From: Desulfoscipio geothermicus
Lineage (GTDB): Bacteria > Bacillota > Desulfotomaculia > Desulfotomaculales > Desulfallaceae
Reading direction: 5' to 3'
Assembly: GCA_016841205.1 (NCBI GenBank)
Contig: JAENZP010000014.1
Location: 23,003 to 87,002 of the forward strand
Length of the DNA stretch: 64,000 nucleotides
Shown: positions 24,723-34,111 of the stretch, in pieces
Position numbering within the stretch: position 1 is the first letter of the stretch
How the letters are laid out: every line of letters begins with the position of its first letter
Made by a program: the position numbers and the translations under genes
Notes under the pieces: model-generated
Databases searched by the model: none
What the model was told of the DNA's origin: nothing
Seen by the model: the letters and a program-made list of their open reading frames with translations, nothing else

Positions 24723-25145
24723 TTCGTGCATAGGGCAGTTTTTAATAGCGTAAACCGCACCACGATCCCGTTTGCTATACTGCTCCAGTCCCCTTTTCAG
24801 CATAGCCACCAAGGTGGACTTACCACCACTTACCGGGCCCATTAAAAGTAAAATGCGCTTGCGCACATCCAAACGACGGGCCGCAGGATGAAAATACTCT
24901 TCAACCAGTTTTTCCAGCGTTCTATCCAGCCCAAAGATTTCCTGGTTAAAGAACTTATAACGCTTACCGCCATATTCCAGTTCCTCCACTCCTGCATCAT
25001 AAAGCATATTGTAAATCCTGGCGTGAGCTAATTGTGCTACTGTGGGATTCTCCTTGACTAAATCCAAATAGTCGTAAAATGTACCTTCCCATCTATACTG
25101 TTTTTCCAGAGAGCGGAATTCATCCAATCTCTTAATAAAATCCAC
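24705..25145 (-). pseudogene. prkA: 5' portion (about 143 codons) of prkA (PrkA serine protein kinase, AAA+ P-loop), interrupted by the element
   Basis: Close match to the B. subtilis PrkA N-terminus as recalled: WEGTF.DYL..VKENP.VAQ, HPAA.RLDVRKRILLLMGPVSGGKSTLV.MLKRGLE, AVYAIK.CPMHE. Full-length PrkA is about 630 aa. Confidence 0.85.
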
Positions 25146-25367
25146 TTTTTCACACTCCCCCTATTATTCGTTATTGGATTATAAACTAGCATATGGTTAA
25201 GCAACCAACTTCTCCACACAAACAAGTACTATATTTATATGCAGCAACGTTTAAATGAGTATCCTGCTAAGTTGTAGTAATAGACTATTTTTGTCTGAAA
25301 ACTTATTATTAACGTTATATTTTCGCTGTTATTCGGAGTTTAAAAATTTTTATCTTTAACAATAAAG

Positions 25368-25409
25368 CAAAAAAGGACAGGCGGCTCTCTCGAAAAGAAC
25401 CGCCTGTCC
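25368..25409 (-). terminator. Rho-independent terminator after gatD
   Basis: 10-bp stem GGACAGGCGG / CCGCCTGTCC (25375-84 / 25400-09), followed on the minus strand by T6. Confidence 0.75.
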
Positions 25410-25435
25410 CTACAAAATTACATAACATTAACTTA

Positions 25436-26158
25436 TTAGCTTAACAATCTATCTACCATAGCTTGATTAGCTAGATTTTCTATTTCATCATCCAGCACAT
25501 TTAGCTTGGATGAATAACCTTTCCTTTCTAGGGCCAAAGCGATTATATAGTCGGTCAGGACAGGGTTTTTGGGTAAAAGGGGGCCGTGTAAATAGGAGCA
25601 AAACACGTTTTTGTAGCGGACACCTTCCTGGCCATCCTGGCCATTATTGCCATGACCATATAAAACACTACCCAACGGCTTTTGGCCGTTAATAAAAGTT
25701 TTGCCACCATGGTTTTCAAAACCTACTAATTTAGTTTTTTTACCAGCTAGTTCCGCTTCTAAAACCACATTGCCGATTATTCTCTTATCCCCAGCTTCGG
25801 TATAAAAGTCCAGTAGGCCGAGTCCGGGAATCTCATGGCCTTGGGGGGTGCGGTAATAGCGCCCCAGCAACTGGTATCCACCACAAATGGCCAGCACCAC
25901 CAAACCGTTATCTACCGCCATGCGCAAAGCGTCAACACGAGTTTTCAGATCCGCGGCCATCAAGGCCTGTTCCCGGTCCGAGCCGCCGCCAATAAACAAA
26001 AAGTCATAATCAGCAAACTCTACCGGATCGCCCAGGTTGACCTCCCTAACCTGCACAGACAACCCCCTCCAGCTGCAGCGCCGCATAAAGGCCAGTACAT
26101 TACCACGGTCACCGTACAGGTTCAACAAATCAGGATATAGATGACATACGGTCAGCAC
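25436..26158 (-). CDS. gatD: Lipid II isoglutaminyl synthase glutaminase subunit (CobQ-type GATase)
   Basis: N-terminal HLYPDLLNLYGDRGN, then FIGGGSD and an ICGGYQLLG nucleophile elbow. Overlaps murT. Confidence 0.8.
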   Translation of the reverse strand: MLTVCHLYPDLLNLYGDRGNVLAFMRRCSWRGLSVQVREVNLGDPVEFADYDFLFIGGGSDREQALMAADLKTRVDALRMAVDNGLVVLAICGGYQLLGRYYRTPQGHEIPGLGLLDFYTEAGDKRIIGNVVLEAELAGKKTKLVGFENHGGKTFINGQKPLGSVLYGHGNNGQDGQEGVRYKNVFCSYLHGPLLPKNPVLTDYIIALALERKGYSSKLNVLDDEIENLANQAMVDRLLS

Positions 26159-27548
26159 GATAACTCACCCTCTCGGCCTTTTGCCCTAAGATTTTTTCCA
26201 CCGGCCATAATGCTGTATATGTAGCCAGTATACCCACCGCCGCACCTTCCCCCTGCAAGGCAGCATTTACAGCCCGCTGGTAATCTTTTTCCATTGCCAG
26301 CAGCATAATCGGCACCCCGGCGTACTTCAAACGCAAAGCCATCTCCTCGGCCCGCTGGCCGGAACAAATAAACCGGTTGAATTGCTCCGGGTATTGCGCC
26401 AGTACTTCAAAATCCACATCCCAAAGCCAGGAAATATCCCGACCATCCGCATCGTTATCGTTAATGGCAATCATAATATCCTGCCTCCCCTTTTGCGCCA
26501 GCAACGCTGTTAGGGCTTGGTTAAAGCCGGTAGGATTCTTTACCAGGGTCAAGGTAACTTGTTTATTGCCATAACGAAATGATTCCATGCGACCTGTGGC
26601 CGGAGTATAAGCGGTTAAGCTTAATGCCGCTTTTTCCGGCATTACCCCCAGCGATAAGGCTGTGGTAAAGGCAGCCAACGCATTATAGATATTGTAGATA
26701 CCTTGAACAGGTATATACAGCGGCCATACGCCCCTGCTGGATGAGCTGTGGTCATAAATAATCGCCTTAGTGCCCACCGCATCGCTTGTAACGTCTTCCG
26801 CTTCGATATCAGGCTGCGGCCGGACGAATCCGCACTTCGGGCATTTATAATCGCCCAGTTGGCTATACAAATAAATATTGTAAACAAGCGTACCACCGCA
26901 AAAAGGGCAAAATTTAGACTCCCGGCTGTAAGCAGCTATACTGGACAAAACCGCATCCGGGCGTACCCCATAATATATGGTAGCCTTACCGGTCTCTCTA
27001 GACAAGCGAGCCACCAACGGGTCATCGACATTTAAAATCAATTTAGCTTCTCCAGGCAGCTTGTTTAGGGCATCCAGCACCTTGCTAACGGTAGTGTCCA
27101 ATTCCCCATAACGATCCAGCTGATCCCTAAAAAAATTAGTCACCATTACCCGGCTGGGCTTTATCCACCGCGTAACTATGGGAAAGGCGGCCTCGTCCAC
27201 TTCCAACACCGCATAATCACAGTTTAACCGTGCTGTCAGAGTGCTGGCTTTTATCAAAGCCGTCGCCACCCCCGTAATTAAATTTGCCCCCTCCCGGTTA
27301 GTCACCACCCGATAACCTTCATTTTCCAAAATATCAGCCAGCATATTGCTGGTGGTAGTTTTTCCGTTAGTGCCGGTGGTCATAATTACACCATTACGGG
27401 GCCGGCCCTGGTAATACTTTAATAAATCCGGGCAAATACGCAGCGCCACCATACCCGGCAGGGACGAACCACGCCCCCGTCCAGATAGTTTGCTTAAGTA
27501 CATGGCTAGTTTTGCAGCCACTAGAGCTATAATTAAACGCAGATTCAT
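26130..27548 (-). CDS. murT: Lipid II isoglutaminyl synthase ligase subunit (Mur ligase family)
   Basis: P-loop TGTNGKTTT, a Cys4 ribbon CPFCG...CPKCG, and a C-terminal DUF1727-like region. Paired with gatD. Confidence 0.85.
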   Translation of the reverse strand: MNLRLIIALVAAKLAMYLSKLSGRGRGSSLPGMVALRICPDLLKYYQGRPRNGVIMTTGTNGKTTTSNMLADILENEGYRVVTNREGANLITGVATALIKASTLTARLNCDYAVLEVDEAAFPIVTRWIKPSRVMVTNFFRDQLDRYGELDTTVSKVLDALNKLPGEAKLILNVDDPLVARLSRETGKATIYYGVRPDAVLSSIAAYSRESKFCPFCGGTLVYNIYLYSQLGDYKCPKCGFVRPQPDIEAEDVTSDAVGTKAIIYDHSSSSRGVWPLYIPVQGIYNIYNALAAFTTALSLGVMPEKAALSLTAYTPATGRMESFRYGNKQVTLTLVKNPTGFNQALTALLAQKGRQDIMIAINDNDADGRDISWLWDVDFEVLAQYPEQFNRFICSGQRAEEMALRLKYAGVPIMLLAMEKDYQRAVNAALQGEGAAVGILATYTALWPVEKILGQKAERVSYRADRMSSIS

Positions 27549-27577
27549 GCCCTACCTCATGTCAAAATTTAAAATAG

Positions 27578-28525
27578 TCACACGCTGTAATAATTAATCC
27601 CTTGCTTTTTGGAGTAATTGATTTTTCCATTTGCCACCATAAAGTCCAGGTGGGCCACTATTTCCGAAAGCCCCAGGGCAATACCGAATTTTCTCAAACC
27701 GGGATATATAGCCATGCACAACTGATAAGCGTTGAGTTCCCCCGCCTGTAGATTTGCTTTAATTCGTTCGAACTGTTCCTGATGGTGCTGGCGCGCCACG
27801 TCAATCACCCTGCCATAATCATTAAAGGCACCTCCGTGGCCGGGAAATACCATAGCAACATTCATCTTCTCCATCACCTCAAGCCCAGACAGGTATTGTT
27901 TTAATGCTGGCAAACGCGACCCGGGTTTTTCTTGGTCTGGCTCCATCAGCGGGTTAGGGGTAATATGGGGCAGCAGAAAGTCCCCGGAGAAAAATAATTT
28001 TTGCTCAGGGTCATAAGCGCACAGATGCCCGGGGCTATGCCCGGGAAAATGCATGATGAGCAATTCACCACCGTCAAAGGCGATGCTCTCGCCCCCGCTC
28101 ATTAACTTAATATTTACGCCCGTTAAAGAGGGCTCAGGCAGCTCATCTTTATCACCAATTACTTCCTTCAATACCTCCGCCGGAATGCCGGTTTCCAGGA
28201 TAAATGGCATCCGCTCTTTATAAAAATCCTGCTTTCCCTTTATCTTGCTTTCCTCTAAAGGATGAATAAGCACCGCTGCGCCAGACGCACGAGCAAATTG
28301 TTCCGCCATACCACAGTGGTCGGGATGGGAGTGGGTAACAATGATCCTTTTAATGTCCTCAATCCGGCAACCCAGCATCTCCAGCATATGCCGCAAAACC
28401 TTGTTGGCCTGCGGCGTATCAGGACCGATTTCAATTAGGGTGATAGGATCATTCTTGATCAAATATGCATTTACCGGCCCAACCGGATAAGGAGTAGGAA
28501 TTATTATTTGATATACAGATAGCAA
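27578..28525 (-). CDS. MBL-fold metallo-hydrolase
   Basis: THSHPDHCG motif. Confidence 0.8.
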   Translation of the reverse strand: MLSVYQIIIPTPYPVGPVNAYLIKNDPITLIEIGPDTPQANKVLRHMLEMLGCRIEDIKRIIVTHSHPDHCGMAEQFARASGAAVLIHPLEESKIKGKQDFYKERMPFILETGIPAEVLKEVIGDKDELPEPSLTGVNIKLMSGGESIAFDGGELLIMHFPGHSPGHLCAYDPEQKLFFSGDFLLPHITPNPLMEPDQEKPGSRLPALKQYLSGLEVMEKMNVAMVFPGHGGAFNDYGRVIDVARQHHQEQFERIKANLQAGELNAYQLCMAIYPGLRKFGIALGLSEIVAHLDFMVANGKINYSKKQGINYYSV

Positions 28526-28766
28526 ACTTTTCGTCCCTCCCTATTAAAAAGTATATCATCCAATCCAATACAAAACAATAAACCACGCCCTACGGCATGG
28601 CATTTAAGCCCGGGTACTTCCGGTACTGTTAGATTCCTCACCAACCACCGTTATACCCGGTGCTCAATAATTTACCATCTTTAGCAATCACCGGTACCAT
28701 TTCGGCGCCAAATCTTTCCTAAACTAATTTTTTTACCATTAAATCCACTATTTCGCTCGTTACCAG

Positions 28767-29396
28767 TCACCTCCTGACCCCGGGGATCACTAACGTGGCT
28801 GTAATATCACGGTTATCTACAGTGCTATCCACCTGAAACAACCAGTGCCCCATGGCGTCAAAAATAAACTGCACCTTACCATGCTCGTCTGCTACTAAGC
28901 TATGGGCAAACCCAGTCCCCTCATAAAGATGGTAAGTGGCTTGCACCTGGACACCTGCCAATGGTACGCCGTTATTCAGCACGGTCAAAACAATAGTATC
29001 TCCCGGGCGAAATTCGCCGTAGGTACCCGGCACAATTTCAAGGCCCCGGTTAAGGGCCGCACCGTGCCAGTGCACATGGTGCCCTACGGGCACCAATAAT
29101 CGTGCCCACTGCCCACTTGCATCGTCACTTTCTACCTGCGCCATATACACTCCTTCATGTCCGCATCTGAAAACAAGTACATAGTATGAACCATCTGGAA
29201 CAGGTGTTATTTTCGCGGGTATCTGTGCGCCAGCGGGGTCCGTCACAAATCCTTTCCAGCAAGAGGAGTCCACAGCACCTTCCCTTTGCATGGCCCTTCC
29301 CCATAACACCTTAACCTCAATGTTATCACCGTGATGAAAATGCAGGTGAGTTGGTTCCAGCCAAATGGCCTGCCGAAGCGCCGATTTTTCCGTAAT
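28767..29396 (-). CDS. Hypothetical beta-sandwich-like protein (DUF4198-like, tentative); start uncertain (ATT 29396 or GTG 29309)
   Basis: The frame is open upstream of the track start and encodes IWLEPTHLHFHHGDNIEVKVLWG. A GGAAGG SD lies 9 nt before the ATT, and an in-frame TGA at 29403-05. Confidence 0.4.
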   Translation of the reverse strand: MTEKSALRQAIWLEPTHLHFHHGDNIEVKVLWGRAMQREGAVDSSCWKGFVTDPAGAQIPAKITPVPDGSYYVLVFRCGHEGVYMAQVESDDASGQWARLLVPVGHHVHWHGAALNRGLEIVPGTYGEFRPGDTIVLTVLNNGVPLAGVQVQATYHLYEGTGFAHSLVADEHGKVQFIFDAMGHWLFQVDSTVDNRDITATLVIPGVRR

Positions 29397-29637
29397 TTTT
29401 AGTCACCTTCCTTGTATTCTCCTGTAATATGATCAGGATTGGTGAAAAAAAACCATGAAAACCTGTCTTTTCAGAGACCGGATAGACTTCATGGCTAGAT
29501 ATTCAAGGGTATATATATCTCATGCATTTGTATACTTAACAGAAATTGCTCTAAAATCTTAATGCACCTTGGAAAATTATACTTAATTATATTTTAAAAA
29601 TCAACCTAACATACACAGAAGCATTTTCTTATGCAAC

Positions 29638-29666
29638 TTAAAAACAATCCCCCGCTAATGCGGGGG
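29638..29666 (-). terminator. Rho-independent terminator after rsgI
   Basis: 7-bp GC stem CCCCCGC / GCGGGGG (29649-55 / 29660-66) with a 4-nt loop, then ATTGTTTT on the minus strand. Confidence 0.7.
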
Positions 29667-29707
29667 CTCCATAGTTCAACGGTTTTGTTCCTTTTATCTT
29701 GCCCGGC

Positions 29708-30955
29708 CTAATTTTGTTTAGCTTTGCCTTCGTTCTGCAAATACTTGTTCCGTTGACTTGACTCTGTTTTTTCCGAAAAATAACCATTATCCTGCGAAAC
29801 AGACTGCTTTCCTTGGGCTTTGGTCTGACTATCCTTGTTAGAATTTTGTTTAGCATTGTCTTCGTTCTGCAATTGCCTGTCCTGTTGACCCGGCCCCGTT
29901 TCTTCCGAAAAATAACCATTATCCCGTGGAACAGACTGTTTTCCCCGGGAGTTGGTCTGATTACTTTTATTAGAATTTTGTTCCGCTTGATTATTTTTGT
30001 TTGCGCTATCCGCCTCTGGAGATAATGATACCGGTGTGTTTGACTTGTCAAGATTATCAAGCTGATCGGTTTTGTCAAACCTTACGGATTTATCAGGCTT
30101 ATCAGATTTACCAGGCTTATCGGTTTTACCTAGTCCATTGGGTCTTTCCTTTTGATCGGGTAAGCCAGTTTGGGATTGCTCTTGTATCAATTCCCCAGCC
30201 CGAAAGTTTTTCTGTACTTCCAGTTTCCGAATATTTTCTTCCCTTAATTCTTGATCGGTTATTTGTACCCCGTTCTTCCGCGCTTCCTTCTGCAGTAGAT
30301 AACGACCGGGGGTGACACTGTTCTCACGGGCCTTCTCCAGAGTATCCAAATCAGCGTTAGCTACAATTAATTCCGCGTCCACTCCCGATTCATTTATGGT
30401 GTTATTTATGGAAGTATATACACAATCATAAATCTCTTTAATTTGTACATTTTCCTTACTCTTTGTATCTGTTTTATTTTTCTTGGCATCAGTGACTGTT
30501 GCAAACACAAGATTTTCTTGATCCGGGTTTAAATAATGATATTCAACACACCCGGCAATTATTTTCTGCACACCTTTAGCCAGCGGCTCATGCAGCACAT
30601 CTAACCGTTGTAAAAGTTTTTGTCCATCATCATTAACGCCCCTGGCGGAAATAATCTCATTATTAACATCAATAGCCAATTCCAGGCTGGGGTTAATGTC
30701 CAGGGCAACATAAGCCACCGCCCTGGGAAGCATTGCATTAAAAGCCCACCAGGCTATAACGGCCACCATTATCGAAGCCACTGCCAAATAAGTTGCTTTA
30801 AACCGGTACATTTCTGGCCGGTTAAATATTAATTCCCGCCCAACCTCCACACCGCTACGAGGCTTGGCAACTTCCAGATACTGGCCATCGCCGGTTATAA
30901 CTATACAACTTCGTTTTTTTATTTCCAAAACCAATCCCCGGCTCTGCCCCATCAA
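29708..30955 (-). CDS. rsgI: Anti-sigma-I factor, RsgI family, with repetitive low-complexity C-terminal tail
   Basis: RsgI_N-type start GLVLEIKKRSCIVITGDGQYLEV followed by a single TM. Overlaps the sigI stop. Confidence 0.8.
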   Translation of the reverse strand: MMGQSRGLVLEIKKRSCIVITGDGQYLEVAKPRSGVEVGRELIFNRPEMYRFKATYLAVASIMVAVIAWWAFNAMLPRAVAYVALDINPSLELAIDVNNEIISARGVNDDGQKLLQRLDVLHEPLAKGVQKIIAGCVEYHYLNPDQENLVFATVTDAKKNKTDTKSKENVQIKEIYDCVYTSINNTINESGVDAELIVANADLDTLEKARENSVTPGRYLLQKEARKNGVQITDQELREENIRKLEVQKNFRAGELIQEQSQTGLPDQKERPNGLGKTDKPGKSDKPDKSVRFDKTDQLDNLDKSNTPVSLSPEADSANKNNQAEQNSNKSNQTNSRGKQSVPRDNGYFSEETGPGQQDRQLQNEDNAKQNSNKDSQTKAQGKQSVSQDNGYFSEKTESSQRNKYLQNEGKAKQN

Positions 30956-31713
30956 TTAGCACCCCCTTGCGGTAACCTGACATATGAATTTAAATAAATA
31001 TACTCTTCACGGTGATATAATAAAACGGCTATTCCTATAATGTATTTACGCCCTCGTTCCAGCACCTTGCGACTTATACCCGTGCCCATTTCCACTTCCC
31101 GCATGGGCAGCCTTTTACTGACCTGCAAACTGTCATATAACGAGCTATGCTCCACAATATAACAAGCTGCCCGGATTAATGCTTCCCTGGTGTCCCGGTG
31201 TTTGGGTGATGATTTGACAAGCTCCTGAAACGTTATACCCAGTCTAGTAATTTTCACATTGTAGTCGTTAATTTCCTCTATTCTTTCACGATTAGCAGTT
31301 TCTTTAATATATCTCTCCAAGGAAACATCATTTTCAACTTGACTAATGGTATTTTCCGGCAGGCCTTCAGACATATGCAGTTCTACCCGGTTCCATCTTG
31401 ATTCTTTGCGCAGATAGTCAGTCACCCGGCTCCTTATCACCATGCGAGCGAAAGCGGTAAAAGGTACTCCCATTTTTTCATTAAATCTATCAATTGCCTC
31501 ATTAAAGGCTATCAGGCCAATGCTAAGTTCATCATCGCGCTCCCAGCTCAAGCTGCGACCGCAAAGGCGACCCACCACTCCAGCAATAAAAGGTTTAGCA
31601 TCCGCAATTAACTTTTCTCTGGACGATTCGTCACCTTCCCTAATATTCTGCAGACAATCTTCCAGTTCATCCCCAAATAGCACACTGCCACACTCCCCCT
31701 GGTGCTGCTCCAT
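30952..31713 (-). CDS. sigI: RNA polymerase sigma-I factor
   Basis: Sigma-70 region 2-like LSIGLIAFNEAIDRFN. SigI-type C-terminal domain. Coupled to rsgI. Confidence 0.85.
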   Translation of the reverse strand: MEQHQGECGSVLFGDELEDCLQNIREGDESSREKLIADAKPFIAGVVGRLCGRSLSWERDDELSIGLIAFNEAIDRFNEKMGVPFTAFARMVIRSRVTDYLRKESRWNRVELHMSEGLPENTISQVENDVSLERYIKETANRERIEEINDYNVKITRLGITFQELVKSSPKHRDTREALIRAACYIVEHSSLYDSLQVSKRLPMREVEMGTGISRKVLERGRKYIIGIAVLLYHREEYIYLNSYVRLPQGGAN

Positions 31714-31743
31714 CGCTCCTTCCCGAAGTAAATCTTTTTTTAC

Positions 31744-31776
31744 TATACGGGAATTGATCCGGCTTTTAAGGGGTAA
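31744..31776 (-). promoter_or_regulatory. Candidate SigI-type autoregulated promoter (ACCCC ... CGTA)
   Basis: The minus strand reads GGTTACCCCTTAAAAGCCGGATCAATTCCCGTATAG about 30-60 nt upstream of sigI, resembling the reported -35 ACCCC / -10 CGWA SigI promoters (recalled). Confidence 0.4.
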
Positions 31777-31948
31777 CCTCTGTGGTACAAATTAAATTAA
31801 AATCCACATAAAGCTACGGCCCAATCTTACGTGTTTGTAAATTTCGATATTTTAATATACCGGCCGGTACATCTAGTAGAATAATTCAACATACATTATA
31901 ACCTTCCTCCTATATATAACCCTGCAAACACTTACCAACTTCCCACAC

Positions 31949-32005
31949 AAAAAAAATACCCGAGATCCCATCATCTTAAGAGACAAGATGAAGTCCCGCG
32001 GGTAT
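31949..32005 (-). terminator. Rho-independent terminator after yteA-like gene
   Basis: Long imperfect hairpin (ATACCCG...TCATCTT / AAGATGA...CGGGTAT), followed on the minus strand by T8. Confidence 0.75.
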
Positions 32006-32028
32006 ATCCTGATGGTATAGTATCCCAA

Positions 32029-32730
32029 CTATTCTTTATTGCTCATACCCACATCAATTGTTTCCGCGGGTTCGCTTTCGTCATCCTTACCCCCGGTGCT
32101 TTCATAGAAATTGCCGTCACTGCCCACCTCATAAGGTATGTGGTCAACCAAATCCGTATCGCTAAGACCGAACCCTTCCGATTCGCCGGTGCCATAATAA
32201 GCTCCGGCTCCAGAGAGCGGCGAATGCTCCTGCCACCTGGCCACATCCTGCCAAGCATCTTCGCCGTCGTACGCATTTATGTCAGCAGCATCATTAAAAG
32301 TACGGGCAAAAGGCGGCTCCAGGACATCCTCCTCCACCGGCCGCACATTTTTTCGATGGGGGGGCTCTTCAACCTGAGCCCGACATTGGATGCACTGGGT
32401 GGTATAAGGAATCGCTTGTAAGCGCTCCAAAGGTATTTTTCCACCACACACTTCACAAAGACCGTAAGTACCGTTTTCCATCCTTTGCATTGCGTGTTCA
32501 ATTGCCTGTACTTTTATCATGGTGTCCTCGCGCAAGGCAAAGTCTTTGCTGCGCTCAAACATTTCGGTGCCCACGTCCGCCGGGTGCTGATCATAGGTGG
32601 ATAATTCCTCTATGGATTCCGACAGAGAGACGCCCAGACCCCCATCATCAATATGACTTATAGTATTCATTAAATTATTTTTTTCCTGTTCCAATTGACG
32701 TTTAAAATCATTCAATAATCCCTGTTTCAT
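32029..32730 (-). CDS. yteA: TraR/DksA-family C4 zinc-finger protein, YteA-like
   Basis: CEVCGGKIPLERLQAIPYTTQCIQC zinc finger and an N-terminal coiled coil. Confidence 0.7.
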   Translation of the reverse strand: MKQGLLNDFKRQLEQEKNNLMNTISHIDDGGLGVSLSESIEELSTYDQHPADVGTEMFERSKDFALREDTMIKVQAIEHAMQRMENGTYGLCEVCGGKIPLERLQAIPYTTQCIQCRAQVEEPPHRKNVRPVEEDVLEPPFARTFNDAADINAYDGEDAWQDVARWQEHSPLSGAGAYYGTGESEGFGLSDTDLVDHIPYEVGSDGNFYESTGGKDDESEPAETIDVGMSNKE

Positions 32731-32747
32731 CTCTCTATTACCCCCTG

Positions 32748-33101
32748 TTATTTTTTCCCTAGCTCCAATTGTACTATTTTAACCAAATCGGCAATAAAAT
32801 CGCCAATGACAGGTAAATTTAAGGTTACCAGTCTTTGCAGAATCATAACAATTATTGCCCCCAAAACGGCAAACCCGATGGCAATGCCAAACCCCCTGGC
32901 AATACCGCTAATAAAATTAACATACATCAGCTTATATGGCTTTTCCAATAAGTCCACATATTCAGCCAGCTTCATCTTTTCCATATTTATAGCCAGCACA
33001 CTGACTTTTTCCTCCAGGGTCTGTAAAACTTTATTCTGATTGCATAGGTCGTTCTCCCCAGGGTCCAAAAAGTATTTGCGCGATTTATGCTTTTTATACA
33101 T
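32748..33101 (-). CDS. Small membrane protein (DUF5665-like, recalled)
   Basis: FISGIARGFGIAIGFAVLGAIIVMILQRL hydrophobic core. Confidence 0.5.
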   Translation of the reverse strand: MYKKHKSRKYFLDPGENDLCNQNKVLQTLEEKVSVLAINMEKMKLAEYVDLLEKPYKLMYVNFISGIARGFGIAIGFAVLGAIIVMILQRLVTLNLPVIGDFIADLVKIVQLELGKK

Positions 33102-33145
33102 TGCAATAACCCTCCAAACCTTGTTATAATTTACCCCGGTTTATA

Positions 33146-33182
33146 CAAAAAAATAAATGGCACCGGCAAAACGCCGTGCCAT
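33146..33182 (-). terminator. Rho-independent terminator after secF
   Basis: Stem ATGGCAC / GTGCCAT (33157-63 / 33176-82), then a T-rich run on the minus strand. Confidence 0.65.
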
Positions 33183-33230
33183 TTTAACAACCAAGTAACA
33201 TTAAATTTACGTGGTATTTCGGGCAAACTA

Positions 33231-34097
33231 TTATTTAGTTGCTTTTTTTTCCAAACGCTTCAAATCAAACCATACCGGACTGGCATTAAATATTGATGAA
33301 TACATACCCGTCGTCACCCCAATTAATAAGGCCAGAACAAAGGTTTTAATAGTGGTACCGCCCAGGAAATATAATGCTATTAACACAAATAACACTGTCA
33401 TTACAGTATTTATGGACCGGGCAAGAGTCTGCCACAAACTAACATTGATCAAATCCACCAAAGCGTCACCTTTTTTACGCATCCTTAAATTCTCTCTAAC
33501 ACGGTCAAATATAACGATTGTGTCATTAATAGAATAACCAATGATGGTTAATATGGCCGCCACGAAGGAGCTATCCACTTCAATCTGGAATATGGAGAAT
33601 ATACCCAAAACCACCAGCACGTCATGCAATATCGCGGTAATTGCCGCCAGGCCTTGTTTAAATTCAAAGCGAAAGGATATATACACCAGCATAAGCGCCG
33701 CTGCAATCAGCAAGGCCAATATGGCATTAATGGTTATTTCTCTACCAATCACCGGTCCTACCCGGTCGTTGCGCATAAGTTGAACATCTCCCACTTTTTG
33801 CTTCATGGTTGAAATCAGGGTAGCGCTTTCTTCTTCAGTAAGCTCCCGGGTTCTAATTAAATAAGTTCTGGTACCGCTTTCCTGAACATTTTTGGAAGCT
33901 GCGTAGCCCAACCCCTCCACAACACCGCGCACTTGCTCAATCTTAACGCCCTGCTCCAACTGAACTTCCACAAGATTACCACCGATGAAATCAATGCCCA
34001 GGTTAAAACCACGGGTCACCATGGAGAACAGGCCCGGCAATATAACAAACAGCGAAATGATGTACCAAATCTTTCTATGTTGTATAAAGTTAAACAT
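33231..34097 (-). CDS. secF: Protein translocase subunit SecF
   Basis: Typical SecF TM pattern and GIDFIGG motif. Follows secD. Confidence 0.9.
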   Translation of the reverse strand: MFNFIQHRKIWYIISLFVILPGLFSMVTRGFNLGIDFIGGNLVEVQLEQGVKIEQVRGVVEGLGYAASKNVQESGTRTYLIRTRELTEEESATLISTMKQKVGDVQLMRNDRVGPVIGREITINAILALLIAAALMLVYISFRFEFKQGLAAITAILHDVLVVLGIFSIFQIEVDSSFVAAILTIIGYSINDTIVIFDRVRENLRMRKKGDALVDLINVSLWQTLARSINTVMTVLFVLIALYFLGGTTIKTFVLALLIGVTTGMYSSIFNASPVWFDLKRLEKKATK

Positions 34098-34111
34098 TTG
34101 TCCCGCCCCCC

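Noticed and set aside
28638-28718. A short minus-strand segment encoding ERFGAEMVPVIAKDGKLLSTGYNGGW*, resembling the N-terminal part of ComEB/dCMP-deaminase-type proteins.
   Set aside because: Only about 26 residues survive, the zinc-binding motifs are missing, and the segment is bounded by stops. It is too short to call more than a possible gene relic.
29638-30078. A 146-aa minus-strand ORF overlapping the 3' end of rsgI.
   Set aside because: It is an alternative frame through the tandem DNA repeats of the rsgI tail. Its repetitive Lys/Arg-rich sequence mirrors the repeats, and it has no independent start signals.
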